A DNA stretch of 64,000 bases, from the IMG/VR virus record IMGVR_UViG_3300027278_000003. The stretch is one strand, 5' to 3'. The notes under the pieces were generated by a model, which was given only the letters and a program-made list of their open reading frames with translations, ran no database searches and was not told where the DNA came from. Below, piece after piece: positions 38,010 through 48,089 of this stretch (its first letter is position 1; every line of letters begins with the position of its first letter). The DNA comes from a virus (lineage: Duplodnaviria > Caudoviricetes). Both the position numbers and the translations under genes were made by a program.

Positions 38010-38270
38010 ATGTCACTAGACAACATTACATCAGAAGAAAAAGCAAAACTAACGCAACTTGTAAACGAAGGTTGCTCAGTACTACAAGAGATTGATGACC
38101 TTAAAGGTGGTCTTCGTGATACTGTAAAAGCAATCGCAGAAGAACTTGATATCAAACCATCAATTCTAAACAAAGCTATCTCAATTGCACATAAAGCAAA
38201 TCTTCAAGGCGCAAAGCAAGATTTCGAAGATGTTGAAACTGTTCTTGAAACGGTGGGCCGTACTCTGTAA
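38010..38270 (+). CDS. T4 DsbA/GapR-like dsDNA-binding protein
   Basis: Helical pattern EIDDLK..LRD.VKAIAEELDIKPSILNKAI. Confidence 0.55.
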   Translation: MSLDNITSEEKAKLTQLVNEGCSVLQEIDDLKGGLRDTVKAIAEELDIKPSILNKAISIAHKANLQGAKQDFEDVETVLETVGRTL

Positions 38271-38512
38271 TGGCAAAAGAACCAATTGTTCACAAAGATA
38301 AGTTCGGCAGAGATATCGGAAAAGATACAGTAGTTGTGGCTTCAATCGGTACACGTGAAATAGACGTTTGTACAGTAGTAAAGCAAACTCCAAAAATGGT
38401 AACTCTCAACCGTGTTGGTAGTACTTCACGTTGGACGTTTCAACGATATCCCAACGAACTTATCGTGATCAATGACATTCCCGAAACCGCAGTTTATCTA
38501 TTCACACATTAA
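38270..38512 (+). CDS. Hypothetical protein
   Basis: Translationally coupled ORF. Confidence 0.55.
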   Translation: MAKEPIVHKDKFGRDIGKDTVVVASIGTREIDVCTVVKQTPKMVTLNRVGSTSRWTFQRYPNELIVINDIPETAVYLFTH

Positions 38513-38521
38513 GGAGCAGTT

Positions 38522-41320
38522 TTGTCATACGTAGACGCATATTATAATAAAGACAAAGACATTGTTCAAGTGGTTGAACGTGTCAACGGAAAACGTGTTT
38601 ATCAAGATTATCCAGCATGGAGAAAATTCTACATTCGCGATGATCGAGGTGACCATCTAAGTATTCATGGAGAAAAAGTACGCGAGATTAAAGTAAAGCG
38701 CCTTAAAGATATGCACAAAGAATTGCGTATCAACTCTGGTAAGAAAATCTACGAAAGTGATATCAAGCCAGAAATTCGCTGTCTCGCTGAAAACTATCTG
38801 AATGTTGACTCGCCAAAACTAAACGTTGCATTTTTCGACATCGAGGTGGACTTTGACGCAGAACGCGGCTTTGCTCCACCCGAAGATCCATTTATGCCAA
38901 TCACTGCGATTACTACACATTTACAGTGGCTTGATCAACTTGTAACATTTGTTATCCCACCTAAACATATGCGTGAGGGTGAAGGGTTAGAAGAAGCACA
39001 GCGACTATGCGACAAGTTTGAGAATACATTTTTGTATCTCAGTGAAGCAGATATGTTGAATGACTTCCTAGCACTTATTGACGATGCAGACGTTTTATCT
39101 GGTTGGAACAGTGAAGGTTTTGATATTCCATACACTGTTCGGCGTATCACACGTGTGCTTTCTAAGTCACACACTCGTAAGCTATGTTTGTGGGATTTGA
39201 TTCCTAAAGAAAAGATGATGGTGAAATACGGTAAAGATCAAATCAGTTATAATCTGTTTGGTCGTATTCACCTCGACTATCTTGAACTTTATCGCAAGTA
39301 TACATATCACGAAATGCATTCTTATTCACTAGATGCGATTGGTGAATATGAACTTGGCGAACGTAAGATTGCATATGAAGGTACTCTAGACCAGTTGTAT
39401 AACCAAGACTTCTATAAGTTTGTAGAATACAACAGGCAGGACGTTGCACTACTTGACAACCTAGACAAGAAGCTACGTTTCATTGATCTAGCAAACGAGA
39501 TTGCGCACGATAACACAGTTAATATTCAAACGACTATGGGTGCTGTTGCTGTTACAGAGCAAGCAATCATCAACGAAGCACACCGTCGAGGTATGGTAGT
39601 TCCAGATCGCAAGCGCCGTGATTGGGCTACGGAAGATGATGATTACGAGCCCACACCAGAAGAAGAAGCAGAAGCAGAAGCACAAAAAGCAGCAGGCGCG
39701 TTTGTTGCTAACCCAAAAATTGGTATTCAAAAATGGGTATCTGGTATCGATATTAACTCACTGTATCCGGCAATCATTCGTGCGCTAAACATGTCACCCG
39801 AGACTATTACAGCACAGTTGCGACCAACATACACTGACCAACTGATCAGTGGTCGCATTGCGACAGGTCGCAGAGGCGGCACGAACAAAGGGTTTGGTGC
39901 TGCACAAGCATGGGAAGATACATTCACGACCGAAGAATTTCGTTTCATGAATGGGCAAGACAAGACAAATATGTTGCATCTTGACATGGAAGATGGCAGT
40001 ACGCACGAAATCACTGGCGCAGAAATGTACGACCTAGTATACAACTCAGGTCTACCATGGACGATTAGTGCGAACGGTACAGTATTCAAGCAGGACGTAC
40101 AAGGCATCATTCCGAGTTTGCTTGAGCGATGGTATGCAGAACGTAAGCAACTACAAGCGAAGAAGAAAGAAGCACAAGCTGGTGGGAATGCAGAAGAAAT
40201 TGCATTCTGGGATAAGCGTCAGCTAGTGAAGAAAATTAACTTGAACTCACTATACGGTGCTATTCTTAACCAAGGTTGTCGTTTCTACGATAAACGTATT
40301 GGTCAGTCAACTACACTGTCTGGGCGTTGTATTACTCGCCACATGGGATCAAAGACCAATGAAATCATTGCAGGTGACTATGACTACAAAGGTCCAGCAG
40401 TAATTTACGGTGACACTGACTCTATCTATTATTCTATGTATCCTGTATACAAAGATCAAATCGATAGTGGTGAAATCGCATGGGACAAAGAAATTGTTCT
40501 CAAGCTGTATGATGAAATTGCGAACCAAGTGAACGCAAGTTTCCCAGACTTCATGAAAGTATTCTTTAACTGTCCTCGCAAGCAAGGTGAGATTATTGCA
40601 GCAGGACGAGAAAACGCAGCAACGATGGCTATCTTTATTAAGAAGAAACGTTATGCAATGTTGATCTATGATGATGATGGTGTTCGCCGTGATGTAGACG
40701 GGAAACCCGGCAAAGTAAAAGCAATGGGTCTTGACTTGAAGCGTTCGGATACGCCAGACTACATGCAAGATTTCTTGATGCAAGTTCTTATCAAAGTACT
40801 AACTGTTGGTAACGAAAGTGACGTTATCGGAATGGTGAAAGAATTCAAGAAAGAATTCCGCAGTAGGCCGGGTTGGGAAAAGGGAACGCCAAAGCGTGTT
40901 AACAACTTGACTAAGTTTAGAAACATGGTCGATAAGTTTAAAAGTAAGCAGTCAGCAGACTTTAAACTTGGTAAAGTAGAAGAAGAAAACAAGAAAGTAA
41001 CTATGCCAGGTCACGTTACTGCGGCGTTGAATTGGAATACACTTCGACAGATGAACAGCGACCGTTATTCTCTTGAAATTGTTGATGGTATGAAAACTAT
41101 CGTATGTAAACTTCGTGACAACCCAATGAAGATTACAAGTATTGCGTATCCTATTGACGAAACTCGCATTCCAAAATGGTTCCAAGAACTTCCGTTTGAT
41201 CACGATCTAATGGAAACGACTATCATCGACAAGAAGATTGATAACCTTATTGGTGTTCTTAAATGGGATTTGAGTGACGCAAACACTAGCGAAACTTTTG
41301 ATAACTTGTTTGATTTCTAA
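38522..41320 (+). CDS. Family B DNA polymerase
   Basis: Exo FFDIE; DINSLYP, KINLNSLYG and YGDTDS motifs; GGAG RBS with TTG start; C-terminal FDNLFDF. Confidence 0.97.
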   Translation: MSYVDAYYNKDKDIVQVVERVNGKRVYQDYPAWRKFYIRDDRGDHLSIHGEKVREIKVKRLKDMHKELRINSGKKIYESDIKPEIRCLAENYLNVDSPKLNVAFFDIEVDFDAERGFAPPEDPFMPITAITTHLQWLDQLVTFVIPPKHMREGEGLEEAQRLCDKFENTFLYLSEADMLNDFLALIDDADVLSGWNSEGFDIPYTVRRITRVLSKSHTRKLCLWDLIPKEKMMVKYGKDQISYNLFGRIHLDYLELYRKYTYHEMHSYSLDAIGEYELGERKIAYEGTLDQLYNQDFYKFVEYNRQDVALLDNLDKKLRFIDLANEIAHDNTVNIQTTMGAVAVTEQAIINEAHRRGMVVPDRKRRDWATEDDDYEPTPEEEAEAEAQKAAGAFVANPKIGIQKWVSGIDINSLYPAIIRALNMSPETITAQLRPTYTDQLISGRIATGRRGGTNKGFGAAQAWEDTFTTEEFRFMNGQDKTNMLHLDMEDGSTHEITGAEMYDLVYNSGLPWTISANGTVFKQDVQGIIPSLLERWYAERKQLQAKKKEAQAGGNAEEIAFWDKRQLVKKINLNSLYGAILNQGCRFYDKRIGQSTTLSGRCITRHMGSKTNEIIAGDYDYKGPAVIYGDTDSIYYSMYPVYKDQIDSGEIAWDKEIVLKLYDEIANQVNASFPDFMKVFFNCPRKQGEIIAAGRENAATMAIFIKKKRYAMLIYDDDGVRRDVDGKPGKVKAMGLDLKRSDTPDYMQDFLMQVLIKVLTVGNESDVIGMVKEFKKEFRSRPGWEKGTPKRVNNLTKFRNMVDKFKSKQSADFKLGKVEEENKKVTMPGHVTAALNWNTLRQMNSDRYSLEIVDGMKTIVCKLRDNPMKITSIAYPIDETRIPKWFQELPFDHDLMETTIIDKKIDNLIGVLKWDLSDANTSETFDNLFDF

Positions 41321-41892
41321 TGGCTAAAAAAACATACACAGAACTAGTATCAAGTCTAGGACGAAACGCAGAGAGTGATGAATGTTACACTCCTGTAGAT
41401 CAGGTCCTACCATTGCTACCATACCTAAATAAAGATAAGACATACTATGAAGCAACTAGCGGAATTTCTTCAAACATTTTGGATGGATTTACTAAGTGGG
41501 GCTATAGCATTGTTGGGAGTAATGGTAGGGATTTCTTTACTTGTGAACATAATGATGTTTATGATGGGATCATAACGAACCCACCATACAGTCTCAAAGA
41601 TAAATTCTTTCGGCATTGCTACGACTTGGGTAAACCATTTGCGCTACTACTTCCAGTAGCAAGTTTTCAAGGTGGCGCAAGAGGAAAGATGTTTATGGAA
41701 TATGGTATGTCGGCACTAGTGTACAACAACCGTGTTGACTTTACTGGTAAGGGCAATCCTACATTCGGCAATGCTTGGTTTATGTGGGGCTTTGATACCA
41801 TGCCACCAAATACAATTCATTGGGTAGACAACCCAAAGATTGGTGAAAAGATTGATGTTGAAAAAGCATTTGACAACTTTTTCGACTTGTGA
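41320..41892 (+). CDS. Putative N6-adenine DNA methyltransferase
   Basis: DECYTP, IITNPPYS and PFALLLP motifs. Confidence 0.75.
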   Translation: MAKKTYTELVSSLGRNAESDECYTPVDQVLPLLPYLNKDKTYYEATSGISSNILDGFTKWGYSIVGSNGRDFFTCEHNDVYDGIITNPPYSLKDKFFRHCYDLGKPFALLLPVASFQGGARGKMFMEYGMSALVYNNRVDFTGKGNPTFGNAWFMWGFDTMPPNTIHWVDNPKIGEKIDVEKAFDNFFDL

Positions 41893-41925
41893 TATAGTAA
41901 TACTAATAATATATAGGAGAACGCA

Positions 41926-42681
41926 ATGCGTGACATTTTGAAAGATATTGTAAAACACACTCACTCGCTTGGTATCATCCAAGCAGTAAAAGTAACTACA
42001 GATGCAGAAAGCACAACTCTAGACGCGATGGACGATGATCGTACTGTTGTTCTTCGTGCAAAACTACATGAACGCGTAGCAGCGTTTGAAGGTAAATTCG
42101 GTCTAGGTCGTCTTGGTGTTCTAAGCGGTTATCTAGGTTATGAAAGCCGCAACAATGAAGGCGAAGTTGTAACTACACAAGTAGAAATCGGTCGCCAAGA
42201 ACGCAATGGCGAAGAAGTTCCTAGCGAATTTAACTTTACTATTCCTGGCATTCTAAGTTCAACTTATCGTGTTATCGTAAGTGAACTAGTTGATGCACAG
42301 ATCAAGACCGCAAACTTCAAAGGCGCAAAATGGGATGTTGAAATCATGCCATCACAGCAAGCAGTTAAAGACTTGCAGCAAACAGCAGCAATTCTAAGTT
42401 CATATGATCCACTGTTCACTGTGAAAACAGTAGATGGTGATCTACAGTTCACAATCGGTGACGCGTCAACTGATAAAGCAGACTTGACTTTCGCACGTAA
42501 TGTAAACGGTGAACTAAAGACTGGTTGGAGTTTTCCACTTTCAACAGTTCTTACAATTCTAAAGCTGGGTGATACTTCATCAATGAGCATTAAGATTTCA
42601 GATCAAGGTGCGATGATGATCCAAGTCGATAGTGGTCTTGGTCTATACGAATACATTCTACCAGCAAAATCAGGAAACTAA
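41926..42681 (+). CDS. DNA polymerase sliding clamp (gp45/PCNA-like)
   Basis: About 250 aa, two-domain alpha/beta pattern ending ISDQGAMMIQVDSGLGLYEYILPA; in the replication operon. Confidence 0.65.
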   Translation: MRDILKDIVKHTHSLGIIQAVKVTTDAESTTLDAMDDDRTVVLRAKLHERVAAFEGKFGLGRLGVLSGYLGYESRNNEGEVVTTQVEIGRQERNGEEVPSEFNFTIPGILSSTYRVIVSELVDAQIKTANFKGAKWDVEIMPSQQAVKDLQQTAAILSSYDPLFTVKTVDGDLQFTIGDASTDKADLTFARNVNGELKTGWSFPLSTVLTILKLGDTSSMSIKISDQGAMMIQVDSGLGLYEYILPAKSGN

Positions 42682-44244
42682 ATGAAAGACTTTGGCAAGA
42701 ACAATAAAGATAGCGGGTATGCAATCTTTCTTCCCGCAATCTCAAACTTTTATGTTCGCAAAATCTCACAGCATTATGCGGGCACAACTGACATGTTCCC
42801 GCCAGAGCGAATCCCACAAGGATTTGAACACGGTCTAGATGGTCTTAACATCTTTGACAAAGAGAAAGGCTATGTGTATTATTCACATGGCCTATACTCT
42901 GCGGGACATGCGAACCTAGACCTAGAAGGATCAAAAATTGATGATGGCATGGTTGTTAATCGTAATCGTGAACATACTATTCTTGTTGGCGATAGTGGCG
43001 GGTATCAAATCGGTTCAGGCGCTTGGAAACTTGATTGGACAAACTTTGAAGACGGTGCAGACTGGAAGAAAGTAAGACATGACATTCTAAAGTGGCTTGA
43101 AGAATATTGTGACTATTCAATGACACTTGATATTCCTCTTTGGGCATGGCTACCACAGTATCGTGGTCGCACAGGTCTTAAAGATCCAGAAGATTGTTTG
43201 AAAAAAACTATCTTCAATCATGAATATTTCATTAACAATCGCACACCCGGCAAGACTAAGTTCTTGAACACACTTCACGGCTCTAATTGGCAAACAAGTG
43301 AAATGTGGTATGAGGGTGTAAAACATTTCAATGATAAATCAGTGTATGGTGATCGTGCCTTCGAAGGCTATGCTATGGCAGGTGACCACGCTGGTGATGC
43401 AGAACTACTTTTACGCAGACTAATTCGTTTGCGTGATGATGGACTTCTTGGCCAAGCTGACCAAGATGATGTTTGGATTCACACTCTTGGTATTAGCGTT
43501 CTCCCATGGGGTGCTATGTTAACAGCGGTCCAGCGACAACTAAGAGAGCATGTAAATCCAAATATAACAATCTCTTTTGATGCAGCATCTCCTTATATTA
43601 CAGCATCGAAAGGATTGGCGTATGACTATCCCGACTTGAACGGCAATGCTTGGAGTTATAAAACCAAGCAACTGAAATGGCGTCAGGACCTGAGCCGGGA
43701 CCAACAGCCGTGGATGTATTCTGGTGAAATTGGTGATCGCCTAAACATGCGAGATATTAATTACATGCAACCGGGGATGCTAAATCGAAACGGTAAACCA
43801 GCAAAATCAAGTTGGGATAGTCTATCTTATATCCTTGTTCAAGCACACAACACTGAATATCATATCCGTGGAATGCAAGATGCAATACGCAGGTTCGATC
43901 ACGAATATGAAATGGTAAGAGATAAAATTGACATTACCAATATGAACTTGGATCCAAAGAAACCTTCTATTCTAAGTGAATCTGTACCAGATACAGTTCT
44001 TTACTTTGCTAAATTTGTTGAGGTTCTATTTGATCCTAAAACTAAAGACCCTATGCAGCTATTGACGGATTATCGCGCTTTTTTGCGCAAGTGCGAAGGT
44101 TCACGCGTCCAAGACACTAGTACAGTTCCAGAAGGTATGGAATTCGAAGAACCAGCTATTCGTACAGAAGAATTCATCGAAGCTATCAAGGGTAAGAAGA
44201 AAGAATATGCTGAACCAGAAGGTGTAGCAGATTTATTTGGCTGA
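42682..44244 (+). CDS. TGT-fold guanine transglycosylase, DpdA-like (7-deazaguanine insertion)
   Basis: GDSGGYQ, MTLDIP, KFLNTLHG, WIHTLG and SFDAASP motifs; clustered with folE, queE and a queD-like gene. Confidence 0.75.
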   Translation: MKDFGKNNKDSGYAIFLPAISNFYVRKISQHYAGTTDMFPPERIPQGFEHGLDGLNIFDKEKGYVYYSHGLYSAGHANLDLEGSKIDDGMVVNRNREHTILVGDSGGYQIGSGAWKLDWTNFEDGADWKKVRHDILKWLEEYCDYSMTLDIPLWAWLPQYRGRTGLKDPEDCLKKTIFNHEYFINNRTPGKTKFLNTLHGSNWQTSEMWYEGVKHFNDKSVYGDRAFEGYAMAGDHAGDAELLLRRLIRLRDDGLLGQADQDDVWIHTLGISVLPWGAMLTAVQRQLREHVNPNITISFDAASPYITASKGLAYDYPDLNGNAWSYKTKQLKWRQDLSRDQQPWMYSGEIGDRLNMRDINYMQPGMLNRNGKPAKSSWDSLSYILVQAHNTEYHIRGMQDAIRRFDHEYEMVRDKIDITNMNLDPKKPSILSESVPDTVLYFAKFVEVLFDPKTKDPMQLLTDYRAFLRKCEGSRVQDTSTVPEGMEFEEPAIRTEEFIEAIKGKKKEYAEPEGVADLFG

Positions 44245-44434
44245 GGAGGAAACTATGACCAAAGACAAAAAACTACAAAGACTAGAACAACTAAAAAAAG
44301 AACACCGTGATCTTGACAATCAGGTACAAAAAGAGTATAGTATACGTCTAGATGTAAGTGATTTAAAAGTTCAAAAACTCCGACTAAAACAAGAGATTCT
44401 AGCAATGGAAAAAGAGCTAGGATTGAATGAGTAA
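44237..44434 (+). CDS. Small coiled-coil protein (DUF465/YdcH-like)
   Basis: LEQLKKEHRDLD...LKVQKLRLKQEI. Confidence 0.55.
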   Translation: MAEEETMTKDKKLQRLEQLKKEHRDLDNQVQKEYSIRLDVSDLKVQKLRLKQEILAMEKELGLNE

Positions 44435-44876
44435 CTACTACGATTATATGCGCGATGAAGGACGCAAACAAGATATGACAATCGAAAAATCAATGAATGA
44501 AGCAAAGCGATGGATTTGGGTTACGTTCAAACGTGAAGGTATTCACTGCTATCCAGCAGCAAAAGATGATCCTAAACTAGCGACAGGTGATTGGGATGAC
44601 GTATCATTTCTTGGCGTCCCTCACCGTCATATTTTTCATTTTCGTGTGGCTGTTACTGTCACACACAATGACCGCGATATTGAGTTTATTCAATTCAAAC
44701 GCTGGCTTGAAAAGTTGTACAACGAAGACGTACTTGATCTAGATTATAAATCTTGCGAAATGATGTCCGATGATCTATACATGCAAATTGCAAACAGATA
44801 TCCAAATCGTGACGTAAAGATTGAAATCTCAGAAGATGGTGAAAACGGAGCGTTAATCGAATATGCCAGTAATTGA
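44427..44876 (+). CDS. QueD-like 6-carboxytetrahydropterin synthase (T-fold)
   Basis: EGIHC, HRHIFH, SCE and EISEDGENGA motifs. Confidence 0.75.
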   Translation: MSNYYDYMRDEGRKQDMTIEKSMNEAKRWIWVTFKREGIHCYPAAKDDPKLATGDWDDVSFLGVPHRHIFHFRVAVTVTHNDRDIEFIQFKRWLEKLYNEDVLDLDYKSCEMMSDDLYMQIANRYPNRDVKIEISEDGENGALIEYASN

Positions 44877-45417
44877 ACATCCAACTAAAGAAGAAATTCA
44901 AGCAATGGTGCGCGTAGTACCAGATCATCCTCGACAAGGAGTGATGTATCAAGATATGGCAAGTATCTTTAATCATCCGCAGGGACTACTAAAAGTAGTA
45001 ACACTGTTTAAAAATTATATCAATGCAAATGGTATTGAGTTTGATCGTATTGTAGGACTTGATGCGCGTGGATTTCCCATGGCAGGTGCTCTTAGTGCAA
45101 TCACCGGTAAGCCCTTCGCGATGGCGCGGAAACGTGGGAAACTTCCAGGTGAAACAGTATCAACTACATACGAACTAGAATACGGTAAAGATGAATTGCA
45201 TCTACAAATTGACGCAATGAATCCACGTGATCGTGTACTTGTCATTGACGATGTAATTGCAACTGGTGGCACTCTTGAAGCAGTTACTAAGTTAATCATG
45301 CAATTTGATGCAAACGTAGTTGGCGTACTTGCTATCATGGATCTAGAGTTCCTTGGTGGTGCGCAGAAATTGCGGGATCGCGGATACAACGTGTATTCTA
45401 TTTTGAAGGAAGAATAA
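44863..45417 (+). CDS. apt: Adenine/purine phosphoribosyltransferase
   Basis: GLDARGF, RKRGKLPG, YELEYG and the PRPP loop VIDDVIATGGT. Confidence 0.88.
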   Translation: MPVIEHPTKEEIQAMVRVVPDHPRQGVMYQDMASIFNHPQGLLKVVTLFKNYINANGIEFDRIVGLDARGFPMAGALSAITGKPFAMARKRGKLPGETVSTTYELEYGKDELHLQIDAMNPRDRVLVIDDVIATGGTLEAVTKLIMQFDANVVGVLAIMDLEFLGGAQKLRDRGYNVYSILKEE

Positions 45418-45951
45418 ATGATCACAAGTTTTGTGGTGACATTAATTGAATGCTTAGAAATCGCATTCATCACTTTGATGCTAACGCAGTATACAAAATC
45501 TGCAAACATCTATGCATCGGGTTTTGTGGGATTAATCGGTGGCGTACTCGCTGCATATTTCCTACACGATGTTCTTGAAGATTATGAATGGGCAATGTAT
45601 GCTATTCTTAGCGTATTGTTCTTTTATCTGTTTGTAAAAAGCAAGGACATCACTGCACATATCAAGGAACACTTAGAAGAAATTCGTAGTGCAAGTAGCA
45701 TTGTTATAGCGGTTGCTACTGTGTTCTTTGTGTATGCACGTGAGAGTTTTGAAATCTTTTCGGCACTCTTACTTAATCCAGCAAGCAATTGGTTGTTGGC
45801 TGGCGTAGCAGCAGTTCTTGCTGCATTAGTATTTGTATTTGCTAGAAATAGTGAATACAAGAGATATGTTTTCAAATTTGGTTATTTGGCATATCTCGCG
45901 TTTGGTATCTGGTTTGGATACGAAGCACTAGAACATCTACACATTCTCTGA
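45418..45951 (+). CDS. FTR1/EfeU-like iron permease (short form)
   Basis: About six TM helices; two degenerate RExxE motifs (IECLE, RESFE). Confidence 0.55.
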   Translation: MITSFVVTLIECLEIAFITLMLTQYTKSANIYASGFVGLIGGVLAAYFLHDVLEDYEWAMYAILSVLFFYLFVKSKDITAHIKEHLEEIRSASSIVIAVATVFFVYARESFEIFSALLLNPASNWLLAGVAAVLAALVFVFARNSEYKRYVFKFGYLAYLAFGIWFGYEALEHLHIL

Positions 45952-45964
45952 AAGGTTTAATAGA

Positions 45965-47029
45965 ATGTTATATCTTATAGACTTGGAAAGCGTTGAATCC
46001 CGCTATACCAAACAATGGAAGACGCATTTCCCCGCATTGTTGAAACAGAACGGAATTGACGTTACAGTTATCGAAGGTCCCACAGACATTCCCGCTGCAA
46101 CTACTCCCGGAGCGTTTCTCAACTTTGGCGGTACAAATATCTATAAGAGCGCACAGTTAGAACAAATAGCAAAACTGTTCTGTGAAGGTAAGATCAAAGA
46201 TGGTGACTACTTTCTCTATACCGATGCGTGGAATCCCACTGTTATCCAGTTGAAATATATGGCAGAATTGCTTGGGATAAAACTCCGAATTGGTGGACTC
46301 TGGCATGCTGGTAGCTATGATCCCCAAGATTTTCTAGGTCGCTTAATCGGTGATAAGCCATGGGTTCGTAACGCGGAAATGTCAATGTATGATTGTTATG
46401 ACGACAACTTCTTTGCAACAAAGTTCCATATCGACTTGTTTACAAATACGTTCTGGAACGATGACCGTGATATCGACAGGCAGCTACTTCACTCTATTAG
46501 ACAAGTAGGATGGCCTATGGAATATATTGAAACTGAACTTAGTGAGTATAAGAATATGGCGAAAGAGGACATTATTCTATTCCCTCACAGAATTGCTCCT
46601 GAGAAACAGCCCGAGATTTTTGACTACATTGCTGAACAAATGCCCGAATATAAGTTCATCAAATGTCAAGAACTTAATTTAACCAAACCAGAATACCATA
46701 CGTTACTTGGTAAAGCAAAATTGGTATTCAGTGCAAACTTACAGGAAACTCTTGGTATCTCAGTATACGAAGGTCTTGTTGTGGGTGCAATACCAATGGT
46801 ACCGGATCGTCTATCTTACAGTGAAATGTGGGATGAGACATTCAAATATCCAAGTGAATGGACTACAAACCTAGAAGCAGCAAAGAAGAACATTGCAAAC
46901 ATCAAAGCGTACATTCGTATGCAAATGAGCAAAAATTCTGATATGCAGTTTTTGATGAAACAGGAAGTAGAACGTGTGCAGAAATTCTATCACGCAACAA
47001 AACTTATTGACATTCTAAAAAACTATTGA
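45965..47029 (+). CDS. GT-B glycosyltransferase
   Basis: FPHRIAPEKQPE and QETLGIS.YEG...GAIPMVPDRLSY donor-binding motif. Confidence 0.8.
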   Translation: MLYLIDLESVESRYTKQWKTHFPALLKQNGIDVTVIEGPTDIPAATTPGAFLNFGGTNIYKSAQLEQIAKLFCEGKIKDGDYFLYTDAWNPTVIQLKYMAELLGIKLRIGGLWHAGSYDPQDFLGRLIGDKPWVRNAEMSMYDCYDDNFFATKFHIDLFTNTFWNDDRDIDRQLLHSIRQVGWPMEYIETELSEYKNMAKEDIILFPHRIAPEKQPEIFDYIAEQMPEYKFIKCQELNLTKPEYHTLLGKAKLVFSANLQETLGISVYEGLVVGAIPMVPDRLSYSEMWDETFKYPSEWTTNLEAAKKNIANIKAYIRMQMSKNSDMQFLMKQEVERVQKFYHATKLIDILKNY

Positions 47030-47099
47030 CTTCTAACATCCACTCATGCTATAATAAAACATGAGTGGGATTACCACATCTAACTAAGGAACATAGTAC

Positions 47100-47801
47100 A
47101 TGAGAAAGACTTCCGAAATTATTAAACACCGGATCGAAGAAGCTGGCGCACGATATTGGGCAGGCGATAATATTGCAAACTTCATTATGCCAGAAGAATA
47201 TGACATGATAATTGATGAACTAACCGAGGGATTCGAAGGTATTCTAGATTCTCTCGTAATTGATCGTCATACCGATCCAAATAGCATGGATACAGGTCGT
47301 AGACTTGCAAAGATGTATGTCAACGAACTTATGTCAGGACGATACAATCCTGCTCCAAATGCAACTGCATTTCCAAATGAACCTGACAATATCACAAACG
47401 AAAAATATGAAGGCATGCTAGTTGTTCGCAGTGAACTCACAAGTGTTTGTTCACACCATCACCAACCAGTTAAAGGTGTTGCATACATTGGTATCATTGC
47501 AGCAGACAAATTGATTGGTCTAAGCAAGTATACACGTATCGCACAATGGTGTGCAAGACGAGGTACACTGCAAGAAGAACTTGCAATGGACATTGCACGT
47601 GAAATCATGAAAGCAACTGGATCAAATGATGTAGGTGTTTACATTCAAGCGACACATGGTTGTTGTGAAAATCGTGGCATTATGGCACACAGTTCACTAA
47701 CACAGACAACAGTGCTAAAGGGTTCATTCTTCAATAACCCACATGTTAAACAAGAATTCTTTGACAACATTAAGCTACAGCAGGAGTTTGCACCGCGATG
47801 A
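47100..47801 (+). CDS. folE: GTP cyclohydrolase I
   Basis: DTGRRLAKMY, SVCSHHHQP, GLSKYTRI and HGCCENRG motifs. Confidence 0.95.
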   Translation: MRKTSEIIKHRIEEAGARYWAGDNIANFIMPEEYDMIIDELTEGFEGILDSLVIDRHTDPNSMDTGRRLAKMYVNELMSGRYNPAPNATAFPNEPDNITNEKYEGMLVVRSELTSVCSHHHQPVKGVAYIGIIAADKLIGLSKYTRIAQWCARRGTLQEELAMDIAREIMKATGSNDVGVYIQATHGCCENRGIMAHSSLTQTTVLKGSFFNNPHVKQEFFDNIKLQQEFAPR

Positions 47802-47917
47802 ACGACCATAAAGAAAACTACTGCACAGGCAAAGGACTTCCTCTAGCATTAACGATTATTATGCTAATGATGGTCGGCGGACCTGTTGCTATTTCAGCAA
47901 TGATGGGATATTTTTAA
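47798..47917 (+). CDS. 39-aa single-TM peptide missed by the ORF track
   Basis: ATGA overlap with the folE stop; GGAG RBS; hydrophobic helix. Confidence 0.5.
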   Translation: MNDHKENYCTGKGLPLALTIIMLMMVGGPVAISAMMGYF

Positions 47918-47918
47918 T

Positions 47919-48089
47919 ATGAAACATACAATCATTTTTAAACAGCCGCTTACATTGAAAATCAAAAGCGTTGTAGACTTTGATCTAGAATCAGATGGTA
48001 CACGCATTGTTGCAACAGTAGAAGCAACTACGCTAGAAGAAGCAAAACAAAAAGTGTTAAACACATTGGAAGGCATTGAATTAGAATGA
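47919..48089 (+). CDS. 56-aa protein missed by the ORF track
   Basis: Fills the gap; ATGA overlap with the queE start. Confidence 0.5.
   Translation: MKHTIIFKQPLTLKIKSVVDFDLESDGTRIVATVEATTLEEAKQKVLNTLEGIELE

Noticed and set aside
38522-41320. Intein or intron in the DNA polymerase or other core enzymes
   Set aside because: Lengths and motif spacing are normal; the short acidic insert near 39640 has no splicing motifs.
42682-44244. Ordinary tRNA-guanine transglycosylase (tgt) for queuosine
   Set aside because: No visible C-terminal Zn-binding CxCxxC motif; it lies in the replication operon with a clamp-binding-like tail. A DNA-acting DpdA-type role is favoured but not proven.
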